Below are positions 16,400 to 25,273 of a stretch of DNA of 52,136 nt, piece by piece; position 1 is the stretch's first letter; every line of letters starts with the position of its first letter. Where the stretch lies: NCBI GenBank assembly GCA_964601305.1, contig CAZRMW010000005.1, positions 1-52,136 on the forward strand, read 5' to 3'. This DNA comes from an uncultured Candidatus Saccharibacteria bacterium. GTDB lineage: Bacteria; Patescibacteriota; Minisyncoccia; JAHISW01; Tagabacteraceae. The translations under genes and the position numbers were made by a program. The notes below the pieces were generated by a model. That model did not search any database and was not told the origin of the DNA. It worked only from the letters and a program-made list of their open reading frames with translations.

Positions 16400-17938
16400 A
16401 TGCAAGAAACATCTTATTTAAAAATTGGTAGAGCCTCTGAGTTGAAGGGCAAAGACAGGCTAATATATAGACTATTTGAAATTTTGCCTGGTTTTTTAAG
16501 TTGGGGCACGATAATACTTCTTATATTTTTATCTTGGATTGCTCCTATTTGGGCTGCTGTTTTTATAATAGTTTTCGATGTCTATTGGCTTATAAAGACC
16601 GCTTATTTGTCTTTTCATTTGCGCATAAACTGGAAAAAACTCAAGCACCACATGGCATTAGATTGGCGGGTGAGACTAGAAAACATGAAGTGGCAGCATG
16701 TTTGGCAGATGCCATTACTTCCTTTTTATAAAGAAGATTTTGGTACTATAGAAAAAACCATTTTATCTTTATTAAATTCTCGGTGGTCCAGTAAAAAAAT
16801 GATAGTTGTTCTAGGAATAGAGGAGAGAGCTGGAAAAGAAGCAAACGAAGTTGCAGATAAAATTTATCAAAAATATAAAGATAGATTTGGATATTTTTTA
16901 ATAACAACACATCCAAAAGATGTTCCAGGAGAAATGGCGGGGAAAGGTTCCAATATTGCTTTTATGGCAGAGGAGGCAAGAGTGAAGATTTTGGATAAAA
17001 ATGATATTTCTTACGAGAACGTTTTGGTTTCGGCTTTTGATATTGATACCAGGATTTATCCAGAATATTTTAATTGTTTAACTTGGCATTTTTTAACAGC
17101 GGAAAACCCACTTAGGTCTTCCTTTCAGCCAGTGCCACTTTTTAACAACAATATTTGGTCTGCGCCAGCTTTGTCGCGTGTTGTGGCTGTGTCAGCTACC
17201 TTTTGGCAGATGATTCAGCAAGAGCGACCAGAGAGGCTTTCAACTTTTTCTTCACATTCTATGTGTTTCAAATCTCTTTACGAGATGGGGTATTGGCAAA
17301 AAAATATGGTCTCTGAAGATTCAAGAATTTTTTGGAATTCCTTTCTTCATTTTGATGGAAACTATGAAGTGATACCAATATCCTACCCAGTTTCGATGGA
17401 TGCAAATTTGGCGCCTACTTTTTGGCAAACAATGAAAAATGTATACAAACAGCAAAGGCGCTGGACTTGGGGCGTAGAAAATGTACCATATTTACTTTTT
17501 GGTTTCTTAAAAAACAAAGCTATATCTTTTAAGAAAAAACTTTGGTTTTCTTTTGTACAAATTGAAGGTTTTTGGTCTTTAGCTACAAATCCAATTCTTA
17601 TTTTTATGCTTGGGTGGCTTCCTCTTATTTTGGGAGGGCAAGAGTTTAATACACTTCTTCTTTCGTATAATCTTCCGAGAGTAACAAGGACTTTGATGAC
17701 AATTGCTATGCTTGGTCTTATTGGATCAGCTATTATTTCTTTAAGTTTGCTTCCTAAACGACCAAAGAAATACAAACCAATTAAAAGAATTTTTATGGCG
17801 TTCCAGTGGGTTTTTATTCCTTTAACTATATTATTTTTTGGAGCAATACCTGGGTTAGATTCTCAAACAAGATTAATGTTAGGTAAATATATGGGTTTTT
17901 GGGTAACACCAAAATACAAGCATAAAACAGAAAATTAA
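16400..17938 (+). CDS. Polytopic GT2-type (cellulose/chitin-synthase-like) glycosyltransferase
   Basis: N- and C-terminal TM helices, acidic motifs (SAFDIDT) and a Q-x-x-RW-type motif (KQQRRWTWG). Confidence 0.6.
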   Translation: MQETSYLKIGRASELKGKDRLIYRLFEILPGFLSWGTIILLIFLSWIAPIWAAVFIIVFDVYWLIKTAYLSFHLRINWKKLKHHMALDWRVRLENMKWQHVWQMPLLPFYKEDFGTIEKTILSLLNSRWSSKKMIVVLGIEERAGKEANEVADKIYQKYKDRFGYFLITTHPKDVPGEMAGKGSNIAFMAEEARVKILDKNDISYENVLVSAFDIDTRIYPEYFNCLTWHFLTAENPLRSSFQPVPLFNNNIWSAPALSRVVAVSATFWQMIQQERPERLSTFSSHSMCFKSLYEMGYWQKNMVSEDSRIFWNSFLHFDGNYEVIPISYPVSMDANLAPTFWQTMKNVYKQQRRWTWGVENVPYLLFGFLKNKAISFKKKLWFSFVQIEGFWSLATNPILIFMLGWLPLILGGQEFNTLLLSYNLPRVTRTLMTIAMLGLIGSAIISLSLLPKRPKKYKPIKRIFMAFQWVFIPLTILFFGAIPGLDSQTRLMLGKYMGFWVTPKYKHKTEN

Positions 17939-18019
17939 ATTATACAGCAAATCACATAGCAAGTTGAATAAATAAAATTATCCAAAAATCAGCGACCGCA
18001 TAAAATTGGATAGTGTTAT

Positions 18020-18047
18020 TTGACTAAGATTTTGGGGGGTATATAAT
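18020..18047 (+). promoter_or_regulatory. Sigma-70-type promoter
   Basis: TTGACT (18020-18025), 16 nt, TATAAT (18042-18047). Confidence 0.45.
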
Positions 18048-18093
18048 ATTTGTTAATATATAAAAGTCGAAAAAATTAAATAAATAAAAAACA

Positions 18094-18369
18094 ATGGAAG
18101 AAAGACAAATGTTTGAGGGGAATTGGACTTGCTCTGATTGTAGTGGAGCAATTACACAACTACCTTTTCAACCAAAAGAGGGGCAGAATATCACTTGTAA
18201 AGAGTGCTATATGAAAAATAGACCTCCGAGAAACTTTGAAAGAAAAATGGTACAAGGAAGTTGGAAATGTGCTGGTTGTGGTGGAGAAATTACACAGCTA
18301 CCATTTGAACCAAAAGGAGACGGCGATTTATTTTGCTTAGATTGTTTTAAAAAAAATAAAAACAGCTAA
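18094..18369 (+). CDS. Tandem CxxC...CxxC zinc-ribbon protein
   Basis: Two copies of W-x-C-x2-C-GxEITQLPF-x-PK-x6-7-C-x2-C (CSDCSGAITQLPFQPKEGQNITCKECY and CAGCGGEITQLPFEPKGDGDLFCLDCF). Confidence 0.7.
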   Translation: MEERQMFEGNWTCSDCSGAITQLPFQPKEGQNITCKECYMKNRPPRNFERKMVQGSWKCAGCGGEITQLPFEPKGDGDLFCLDCFKKNKNS

Positions 18370-18380
18370 GACTACAGAAT

Positions 18381-18414
18381 AAAAATAACCCGGTCGAATG
18401 ACCGGGTTATTTTT
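18381..18414. terminator. Bidirectional rho-independent terminator
   Basis: ATAACCCGGTC (18385-18395) pairs with GACCGGGTTAT (18400-18410), flanked by A-run and T-run. It lies between convergent genes. Confidence 0.8.
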
Positions 18415-20593
18415 ATTCAAAATGGATATTTAATCCTTCGTTTCCTAATCTTTCTTTTAATTTGGGGTGTTTTTTTAAGTCTACATCTTCTTTTAGTATT
18501 TTTTGTGCTTCTTCCCTTGCAGACTCTACCATTTTAATATTTTTTAGTGCCTCCATGGCTACATCACTTATGCCCCATTGTTTTCTACCAGAAAGTTGCC
18601 CTGGCCCTCTAAACTCTAAATCATACTCTGCTAACTCAAAACCATTTTTTGCCTTAGTAAGTGTCTTTAGTCTTTCCATAGTTTTTTCTGATTTTGACTC
18701 TGTAAATACAAAACAATAAGGTTGGTGAGTACTTCTCAAAACCCTCCCGCGAAGTTGGTGTAGCTGAGCTAGACCAAATCTCTCAGCCCCTTCAATAATA
18801 ATTGTTGTAGCATTGGCCACACTTACTCCTACCTCAACAACAGATGTGGCAATTAGTATGTTTGTTTCGCCACTTGCAAATTTTTCCATTGTTTTGTCTT
18901 TTTCTTTGGAAGTCATTTTTCCGTAGAGCATATCTATTTTATATTCTGGAAATATTTCAGTAGAAAGCTTTTCATGCTCTTCTTTTACTGCTCGCATGTT
19001 TGAGGATAGAGAATTTTCCTTTGTTGGGTCTGCTGAGTCTATGCGTGGGCAAATTACATAGGCTTGTCTACCTTTTTCAATTTCTTCTCTAATTTTTTCA
19101 TAAGCCCTTTGTCTTTCGTTTGGAGGTACAATTTCTGTAGTTATTTTTTTTCTGCCAGGAGGCATTTCGTCGAGTAGTGTAAGATCTAAGTCTCCATAAA
19201 TTGTTAACGCAAGAGTTCGTGGAATTGGAGTGGCACTCATAGATAATAAGTGTGGGAAAAGGTTTTTGTCTGTCTCATTTTTTTTGTTTATAAGCGTTGC
19301 GCGTTGGTTAGTTCCAAAGCGGTGTTGTTCGTCTATAATTACAAGAGCCAGTTTTTTGTCTTTGTATATATCTTTTTCTTTTATGCTAAATTTTATTTTA
19401 TCTTGAATCAGAGAGTGGGTGCCGATAACAATATCTATCTCTCCTTCCCTTATCCATTTTTGTAGCTTTGTCTTAGATACATCGGCATATTTTTCATACC
19501 CTACTTTTGATGGGAATTTTCTTGCCATAGAAGAAGTGAGTAAACCTATCCTTGCACCAGTACTACTACCAAAATATTCTACAAAAGATTCAAAAATTTG
19601 CTTAGCTAAAACTTCTGTGGGTGCCATGTAGGCAGTTTGGTAGCCATTTTTAAGTATTAAAAAAGAAACCACAGCTGCTACAGCAGTTTTCCCAGAGCCG
19701 ACATCTCCTTCCAAAAACCTACTCATTGGGATGCCTCGTTCTATATCTTCCACAATGCCGTCTATAGCTTTTTGTTGAGATTTTGTAAGAGAGAAAGGAA
19801 AGCTGTTTATAAATTTTTCTAGTTCTTTTTTATTTATTTCTATAGGAAGAGTTGCAAGTTTTTCGTGTGCAATTTTTTTCTTTATTCTTGAAAGTTGTAC
19901 GAGAAAAATTTCCTCAAAAGCAAATCTTTTTTTGGCAGCTGTAGCATCGTTTGCGTTTTTAGGAAGATGTATATATATAAGGGCACTTTTTAAAGATGGT
20001 AAATGGTATTTTTTGACTATTTCGTTGGGGATTATATCTTCTATTTTTTCTAAATCTATTTTTGAAAGAATTTTTTTAATATAAAAATTAAACCATCTTG
20101 AAGACAGTCCGCGAGTTTCTGAATAAACAGCCTCCAAGCTATCTTTTTTTACATCGATACCCGATGTCGATATTTCTTGTGATACAACAGAAGTATAAGA
20201 AAAAGTTGGATTGGCAATGTATAATCCATTTTTACCAGATTGAATTTTCCCGGTGGCTGTGACGGTGGCACCCTCTTTTAGTTTTTTGGCAATATATGGC
20301 TGATGAAACCAAACTAGATTTACAGTGCCTGTACGATCGTAGAGTGTTGCTTTGGTGATGTTCAGTTTTTTTCTCCAAGTTTTTTCAAAATTTATATTTG
20401 AAATTTTACCAGTGAGGGTAATTTTCTCACCTATCTCTGCATTAGAAATTTTTTTGTGTTCTCCAGGTTGTTCGTATCTACTAGGAAAATACCAAAGCAG
20501 GTCTTTTATAGTTTTTAAGCCAAGTTTTTTAAGAGCTTTTTTTTGAGCATCTTTTAAATTAAGTTCATCTGTAAGCAGTGAGTCTAATTGCAT
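18413..20593 (-). CDS. recG: ATP-dependent DNA helicase RecG
   Basis: ORF 18413-20710. The likely start is ATG 20593 (MQLDSLLTDELNLKDAQKKALKKLGLKTIKDLLWYFPSRYE). Wedge domain, Walker A GDVGSGKT, DEQHRFG, QLHQLRGRV. Confidence 0.9.
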   Translation of the reverse strand: MQLDSLLTDELNLKDAQKKALKKLGLKTIKDLLWYFPSRYEQPGEHKKISNAEIGEKITLTGKISNINFEKTWRKKLNITKATLYDRTGTVNLVWFHQPYIAKKLKEGATVTATGKIQSGKNGLYIANPTFSYTSVVSQEISTSGIDVKKDSLEAVYSETRGLSSRWFNFYIKKILSKIDLEKIEDIIPNEIVKKYHLPSLKSALIYIHLPKNANDATAAKKRFAFEEIFLVQLSRIKKKIAHEKLATLPIEINKKELEKFINSFPFSLTKSQQKAIDGIVEDIERGIPMSRFLEGDVGSGKTAVAAVVSFLILKNGYQTAYMAPTEVLAKQIFESFVEYFGSSTGARIGLLTSSMARKFPSKVGYEKYADVSKTKLQKWIREGEIDIVIGTHSLIQDKIKFSIKEKDIYKDKKLALVIIDEQHRFGTNQRATLINKKNETDKNLFPHLLSMSATPIPRTLALTIYGDLDLTLLDEMPPGRKKITTEIVPPNERQRAYEKIREEIEKGRQAYVICPRIDSADPTKENSLSSNMRAVKEEHEKLSTEIFPEYKIDMLYGKMTSKEKDKTMEKFASGETNILIATSVVEVGVSVANATTIIIEGAERFGLAQLHQLRGRVLRSTHQPYCFVFTESKSEKTMERLKTLTKAKNGFELAEYDLEFRGPGQLSGRKQWGISDVAMEALKNIKMVESAREEAQKILKEDVDLKKHPKLKERLGNEGLNIHFE

Positions 20594-20701
20594 AGATATA
20601 GTAAAACAAAAAAAGAAGTTCAGAGCAAGAATGTATCTGTTGGAAGCTAAGCTTCCAACAGATGAGTTATGGGGAGAAAAGAAAAAATGGATAAGAAAAA
20701 T

Positions 20702-20765
20702 CCCCGCCACTTGTCTGGTTGGACTTGTCCAGTCGTATGACTGGATGACCAGATGGTGGCAGGGG
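20702..20765 (-). terminator. Long three-tier GC-rich hairpin terminator
   Basis: Three nested helices: 20702-20710 with 20756-20765, 20714-20719 with 20748-20753, and 20728-20734 with 20739-20745. On the minus strand it is followed by ATTTTTCTT. Confidence 0.55.
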
Positions 20766-20785
20766 ATGTGACGATGGGCGGGTGT

Positions 20786-21013
20786 TCACGGACCTTCGGG
20801 AGTCATTTTGTGTAGAGACGCGATTTCGCGAATAGCTTTGGTAAAGGTGGTCTCGATTTTGCTCCAAGCTTGATTGGAGAGACGAGTGACTTCGTTCTGG
20901 TTAGTTGCTTTTGCTCCAGCTATTTGGGTTTGGTTTTTAAAGGCTGGCTTCATACTTTCCAGAAATACTTTAGCTATATCTGTTGGTGTAATTTCAACAT
21001 CTTTTGGATCCAT
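20786..21013 (-). CDS. Hypothetical 75-aa protein
   Basis: GGGAGG precedes ATG 21013. Slightly GC-richer than the background. No motif recognised. Confidence 0.5.
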   Translation of the reverse strand: MDPKDVEITPTDIAKVFLESMKPAFKNQTQIAGAKATNQNEVTRLSNQAWSKIETTFTKAIREIASLHKMTPEGP

Positions 21014-21015
21014 TT

Positions 21016-21219
21016 TTATCCTCCCTTGTTTTGGTTGTTGATTTTTTTCTGTATTTTATTCCAGTTGAATATTAAGGGTGTTAATAATAGTATCATAGAT
21101 GCGGACAAAACAGCACAAAAAAATGAATAAGTATCAAAATATTCTTTGTTTGCACTTAGAACAATAGACCCAAAGATAAACAGATAAAAACACTGACATA
21201 TCCAGAAAAACAATTTCAT
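21016..21219 (-). CDS. Hypothetical 67-aa two-TM membrane protein
   Basis: AAGGAGG precedes ATG 21219. Hydrophobic segments. Its stop lies 2 nt before the next start. Confidence 0.5.
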   Translation of the reverse strand: MKLFFWICQCFYLFIFGSIVLSANKEYFDTYSFFCAVLSASMILLLTPLIFNWNKIQKKINNQNKGG

Positions 21220-21259
21220 TTCGAAGAGCCTCCTTTGATTTTTCTTTAAATTAGAATAT

Positions 21260-21703
21260 TTACTTTAGTTTGTCAACTTCTTCTTTTATTTTCTCTAAAT
21301 TTTCTTGTTTGCTTGCCCCGCTCGGCGGGGTTGAATTTTCTGGTAAAACACTTCTGAGTTTTTCTTCATCAAATTCTAAATCAAATTCTTTTATCAAAAC
21401 TCCCAAAGCGTTCATATTTGTTTGTTCCTTTTTTAGTTTTATAGTTTTTTTAGTTTCAAACTTTTTATCACTTTCTGAAAGATAAATTGCAAGATCTGCT
21501 TTATCTATAATCGGATTTTCTATTAGGCCTTTACCAAAAGTTATAAATGCCAAAATATCTCCGCCACGCACTGCGGAGTCGTATGTGAGTGTAAGTGCTA
21601 CTTTTAAACCAAGCTCTACTAAGTAATTTCCAAAAGCTTGTCCTAAAAATTTTATGCCGTCTCCACCTGAACCAATTAAAATAATTTTGTTTTCTTTATT
21701 CAT
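21260..21703 (-). CDS. 2-oxoacid:ferredoxin oxidoreductase gamma subunit
   Basis: ILIGSGGDGIKFLGQAFGNYLVELGLKV...YDSAVRGG, typical of the OFOR gamma/catalytic-domain family. Confidence 0.8.
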   Translation of the reverse strand: MNKENKIILIGSGGDGIKFLGQAFGNYLVELGLKVALTLTYDSAVRGGDILAFITFGKGLIENPIIDKADLAIYLSESDKKFETKKTIKLKKEQTNMNALGVLIKEFDLEFDEEKLRSVLPENSTPPSGASKQENLEKIKEEVDKLK

Positions 21704-21822
21704 CCCGTACGAAATAGAGAATCAAAGATTCTCGTTTGTTATTCTAATAATTTGATAATTCATATTTTTCATTTTTTTTACACACTAAGATTTATATTAA
21801 AAGTCTAAAATTTCGTACGGGA
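21703..21822. repeat. 13-bp perfect inverted repeat spanning the korB-stop/gamma-start gap
   Basis: TCCCGTACGAAAT (21703-21715) and ATTTCGTACGGGA (21810-21822), with a 94-nt AT-rich spacer that contains GAGAATC-AAA-GATTCTC. Confidence 0.8.
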
Positions 21823-22530
21823 TTCATTTTTAAATATACCAATTTTGTCTGAAAAATCTTCTTCAAGTTTTTTAAGAATTTCTGCATTGTTTTTAAAGCC
21901 AAGTCTTCTGGCGTAATTTGTGTGGCACATAGTAATAATTTCTACAAAAGAAAATCCTTCCCATTTTATAGCTTCTTTTACGCATTCTTTTATGTGTTCT
22001 ACATGAAAAGCCGTTGTACGCGCATAAAAATATTTTTTGTTTAGCGTTAAAAGGCCTTGAATATTTAACGGATCACTCGTTGAGCCGTTTGGAGAGGTAA
22101 GAGTTTTTGCTCCTTTTTGGGCTGTTGGCGCTAATTGGCCACCCGTGAGACCATAAACCTCGTTCGTTACACAAATTACCGTGATGTTTGGGTTTCGTCT
22201 GCTTGAGTGCAAAAGATGATTGCCACCAATTCCCAAAAGATCTCCGTCTCCGCTAACGACAACAACGTTCATTTCTGGGTTAGCATGCTTAATTCCTTCG
22301 GCAACTGGAATTGGTCTGCCATGTGGAGTGTGTACGCTATCTAAATCAAAATATCCAGAAGATCTGCCAGTACAACCGATACCAGAAACAACAGTCGTTT
22401 TTTCTTTTTCCAAACCAAGTTCGCCAAACGCGCTTGCTGTTTGGTTTAAAACAACATTGAGTGAACATCCAGGGCACCACATAGTTGGGAATTTTTTTGT
22501 TGCTAAATAATCTTTTGCTTTCATATTCAT
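21805..22530 (-). CDS. 2-oxoacid:ferredoxin oxidoreductase beta (TPP-binding) subunit
   Basis: WCPGCS, GIGCTGR, VVSGDGD motifs. Confidence 0.9.
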   Translation of the reverse strand: MNMKAKDYLATKKFPTMWCPGCSLNVVLNQTASAFGELGLEKEKTTVVSGIGCTGRSSGYFDLDSVHTPHGRPIPVAEGIKHANPEMNVVVVSGDGDLLGIGGNHLLHSSRRNPNITVICVTNEVYGLTGGQLAPTAQKGAKTLTSPNGSTSDPLNIQGLLTLNKKYFYARTTAFHVEHIKECVKEAIKWEGFSFVEIITMCHTNYARRLGFKNNAEILKKLEEDFSDKIGIFKNESRTKF

Positions 22531-22562
22531 AATTCTGAGTTCATAATTCTTAATTCACTCAT
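22521..22562. repeat. 7-nt-periodic tract at the alpha/beta subunit junction
   Basis: tcatatt|cataatt|ctgagtt|cataatt|cttaatt|cactcat. It encodes the alpha C-terminus (IMSELRIMNSEL) and overlaps the beta start. Confidence 0.6.
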
Positions 22563-23549
22563 AATTTCTTTTAAACTAATATCTCCGCCCAATATATTTA
22601 TTTTCTTAATTTTTCTTTTTAGAAATGCCTCGAGTGCTGTGGCATACTGACCATCGTTCATTTCTATTGCAACTATTTTTTTATAATTTTTTGCTACATC
22701 TTTTAGTTCATCTAAAATAGGGAAGAGTCTGATTGGCCTGAAAATAGAATATTTTTCTTTCAAAGAGGAAATAACTCTTGAAGGTGTGCCAAAAGCGACA
22801 AGCAGAGTATCTGAATTTTTATTTTCTATAAATTCAAATAGATTATAATTCTTTGCGGCATTTTCCATTTTTTCTTTGTTCTTTTTAAACCACACTCTAT
22901 AATAATCTGTATTTTTTGTTTGGGGGGTACCGTTTTTTGATAGCAAGCCAGTGAGATATCCAACACCTTTTCCTAGGGCTTTTTTGTTGCGAACATTTAC
23001 TTTTATATCTATCAAATCTTTGTCTAGAGGTTCGTACATTTGGCTAAGAAATGCATCGAGCAAAATAGTAACAGGGCTTAGAGACTGTTCGGCTGCATTG
23101 AAAGCATGTATGGTAGTAGAAAAACATTCTTCAACAGAGTTTGGTGCAAATACAATTGGATTTACATCGCCATGTGTGCCATACCTGGACTGCATTATAT
23201 CTCCTTGTGCAGGGAGTGTTGGCATGCCAGTGCTAGGGCCAACGCGCTGAGAGTTTACTATTACTATTGGAGTTTCTGTCATATGAGCGTAGCCAATAGA
23301 TTCTTGCATTAGGCTGTAGCCTGGGCCAGAGGTGGCTGTAAGTGCTTTTTTGCCTGCCATTGAGGCGCCAATTATCATATTTATGCTAGAAATTTCGTCT
23401 TCACAGTGTACAAAGGGTATGTCTGTGCTAGCAAATTTGTGCATTATTTCTGATGCTGGGGTAATGGGGTAGCCAGCAAAAAAACCGACCCCTGCCTTTT
23501 GGGCCCCTAAAACTATTGCTTCATTTCCTGAAATTAATTTTTTACTCAT
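22527..23549 (-). CDS. 2-oxoacid:ferredoxin oxidoreductase alpha subunit
   Basis: ISGNEAIVLGAQKAGVGFFAGYPITPASEI... and TSGPGYSLM motifs. Overlaps beta by 4 nt. Confidence 0.9.
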   Translation of the reverse strand: MSKKLISGNEAIVLGAQKAGVGFFAGYPITPASEIMHKFASTDIPFVHCEDEISSINMIIGASMAGKKALTATSGPGYSLMQESIGYAHMTETPIVIVNSQRVGPSTGMPTLPAQGDIMQSRYGTHGDVNPIVFAPNSVEECFSTTIHAFNAAEQSLSPVTILLDAFLSQMYEPLDKDLIDIKVNVRNKKALGKGVGYLTGLLSKNGTPQTKNTDYYRVWFKKNKEKMENAAKNYNLFEFIENKNSDTLLVAFGTPSRVISSLKEKYSIFRPIRLFPILDELKDVAKNYKKIVAIEMNDGQYATALEAFLKRKIKKINILGGDISLKEIMSELRIMNSEL

Positions 23550-24694
23550 AAAATTTTTTCTATCTTTGGTACAATATTATCCCAATTATATTTTTTGTAA
23601 ACTAATTCTTTTGCATTTTTTACTATTATGTCTTTCAACTCTGGATTTTTGAGCAATGTTTCTATTTGTTTTGCTATGCTTTTTGGGTTTTTTACTTCAC
23701 AGCGCATACCCGTTTTTTTATGTTCCAAAAAGTCAGGTATTCCCCCCACTGGAGTAGCAATTATTGGTAAACCTGTAGCCATTGCTTCAAGAAAAGATAT
23801 ACCCATTCCCTCTGAAAGTGAAGGTCTTATAAAGATATCTGAAATGTCTAAATATTTTGGAATTTCCTTCTGTTCTATATTGCCAAGCAGCAGAACTTCA
23901 TTCTGCAATTTTAAATTTTTAATTTTAATTTTTAATTTTTTTTCTAACGGTCCACTACCGAGTACCAGCAATTTTATTTTATGATTCTTGTTTACTAAAA
24001 TTTTTGCTGCATCAATTAAATCTTTAATCCCGTTTTTGGGCACTAATCTAGAGGTAGTAATTAATATTTTTTCGTCATTTTTTATTTTTAAATTTTTTCG
24101 TAATTCACTATTCTTAATTTCTGAATCATGGTTCGTAAATCTCTTTATATCTACTCCGTTTGGAATTAAATCTATTTTTCTTTTATATCCAAACTTTTTA
24201 GCTCTTTTGATTAAAAAATTACTAATCGCATAAATATAATCTGGCTTTGTGTAGATTTTTTTATAAAGTGGGTGCCAAAACCAAGTCCGAAGCCATATAA
24301 AAAGATCAGAGTCGCCACTTTGCATATTTAAAACATATTTTACTTTCGGGAATCTGTATTTAAAGAATATTGTGGCCAACCCTGCATAAAATGCCATGAT
24401 AGCCAAAACAGTATCGTATTTTTTTTCTTTGTGAAGTTCTTTTGCTTTAAGATAACCAAGAAAAGGGAAAAGATATTTATCGAATTTATTTCCAAAGCCT
24501 ACTCTATATATTTTAATGTTGTTTGTACTTGTTTTTTCTGAGATTTTTGGAAGTTTTTTGTCAAAACGCGCTGTAATCATATCAAAATCAAAATCAATCA
24601 AACGATTAGTTTTTTCTCTTACGGCAACTTCCGCACCTCCCATAAAAGGGAAATAAGTCGTAGAAAATATAAGAATTTTTTTATTTTTTTGCAT
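23546..24694 (-). CDS. GT4 (group 1) glycosyltransferase
   Basis: E-x7-E region PSLSEGMGISFLEAMATGLPIIATPVGGIPDFL. Confidence 0.85.
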   Translation of the reverse strand: MQKNKKILIFSTTYFPFMGGAEVAVREKTNRLIDFDFDMITARFDKKLPKISEKTSTNNIKIYRVGFGNKFDKYLFPFLGYLKAKELHKEKKYDTVLAIMAFYAGLATIFFKYRFPKVKYVLNMQSGDSDLFIWLRTWFWHPLYKKIYTKPDYIYAISNFLIKRAKKFGYKRKIDLIPNGVDIKRFTNHDSEIKNSELRKNLKIKNDEKILITTSRLVPKNGIKDLIDAAKILVNKNHKIKLLVLGSGPLEKKLKIKIKNLKLQNEVLLLGNIEQKEIPKYLDISDIFIRPSLSEGMGISFLEAMATGLPIIATPVGGIPDFLEHKKTGMRCEVKNPKSIAKQIETLLKNPELKDIIVKNAKELVYKKYNWDNIVPKIEKIL

Positions 24695-24705
24695 AATATC
24701 TTTTG

Positions 24706-24777
24706 CGTCCCTACGAGGAGTCGAACCTCGGTCTCAGGTTCCGCAAACCTGTACTCTATCCATTGAGCTATAGGGAC
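24706..24777 (-). tRNA. tRNA-Arg with genomic GCG anticodon
   Basis: Reverse complement GTCCCTA TA GCTC AATGGATA GAGT A CAGGT TTGCGGA ACCTG AGAC CGAGG TTCGACT CCTCG TAGGGAC G. Anticodon loop has U33, G34 C35 G36, G37. Confidence 0.8.
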
Positions 24778-25244
24778 TAAAATCCTAATCTTTCTGCAAT
24801 AGTTTCTATAAGTGATTCTTCGTATTCTTCTTCCTCTAAAATTTTAGAAAGAAAGTCTCTTATTTCATTTGGGTCTTGATTTCCAATGGGTATTTTAACA
24901 TGAGGATGGAGTCTTTTATCAAGTTCCAAAATAAGTTCTTTTTTGTGTGGCGGATTGTAATTTATCCAGAAAGAGTCTATTTCTTTGTATTTATAAAAAG
25001 TTTTGCCAATTTTTATTCCTTTTGCATCTATTTTGAAATCAGTTTCCTGAGGAGTTTGTGTGTAAAGTGCAAAGATTACAAAAACAGCAACAATAGCAAA
25101 AACTGCAAAAAGAAAATTTTTAAGAAAGATAGAAACAATAACAACAATTAAGGCACCACTTCCAATATACCAAAACCAGTCGGTACTTTTTTTAGGGGTG
25201 TTGTGCTCAAATTCTTTCCATTCGAATTTTTGTGGATTTTCCAT
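24777..25244 (-). CDS. Hypothetical two-TM membrane protein
   Basis: 155-aa ORF with TM helices near residues 25-65 and an acidic C-terminus. No motif recognised. Confidence 0.6.
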   Translation of the reverse strand: MENPQKFEWKEFEHNTPKKSTDWFWYIGSGALIVVIVSIFLKNFLFAVFAIVAVFVIFALYTQTPQETDFKIDAKGIKIGKTFYKYKEIDSFWINYNPPHKKELILELDKRLHPHVKIPIGNQDPNEIRDFLSKILEEEEYEESLIETIAERLGF

Positions 25245-25273
25245 GTTTTATTGTATAATTATAAGTGTATATT

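Noticed and set aside
20594-20710. N-terminal extensions of track ORFs: recG (20594-20710), prkA (8662-8706), spoVR (12108-12152), the first minor pilin (25265-25273) and the GIY-YIG gene (332-370).
   Set aside because: The extensions encode non-homologous or hydrophobic junk, or overlap the upstream gene. In each case except the GIY-YIG gene and recG, an internal ATG with a good SD coincides with the start of the conserved protein. For those two, the internal ATG is chosen only because it coincides with the start of the conserved sequence.
20702-20765. Long nested hairpin considered as SRP (4.5S) RNA or another structured ncRNA.
   Set aside because: It lacks the conserved SRP domain IV motifs and GNRA apical loop. 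It sits directly after a stop codon and is followed by a U-tract on the coding strand, so a terminator is the simpler reading.
23881-23945. AT-rich tract aattttaaatttttaattttaatttttaatttt inside the GT4 gene, considered as another heptamer-periodic tract.
   Set aside because: The spacing of the AA blocks alternates between 6 and 7 nt, and the tract is essentially A/T low complexity encoding KLKIKIKNLK. That is not convincing enough to count it.
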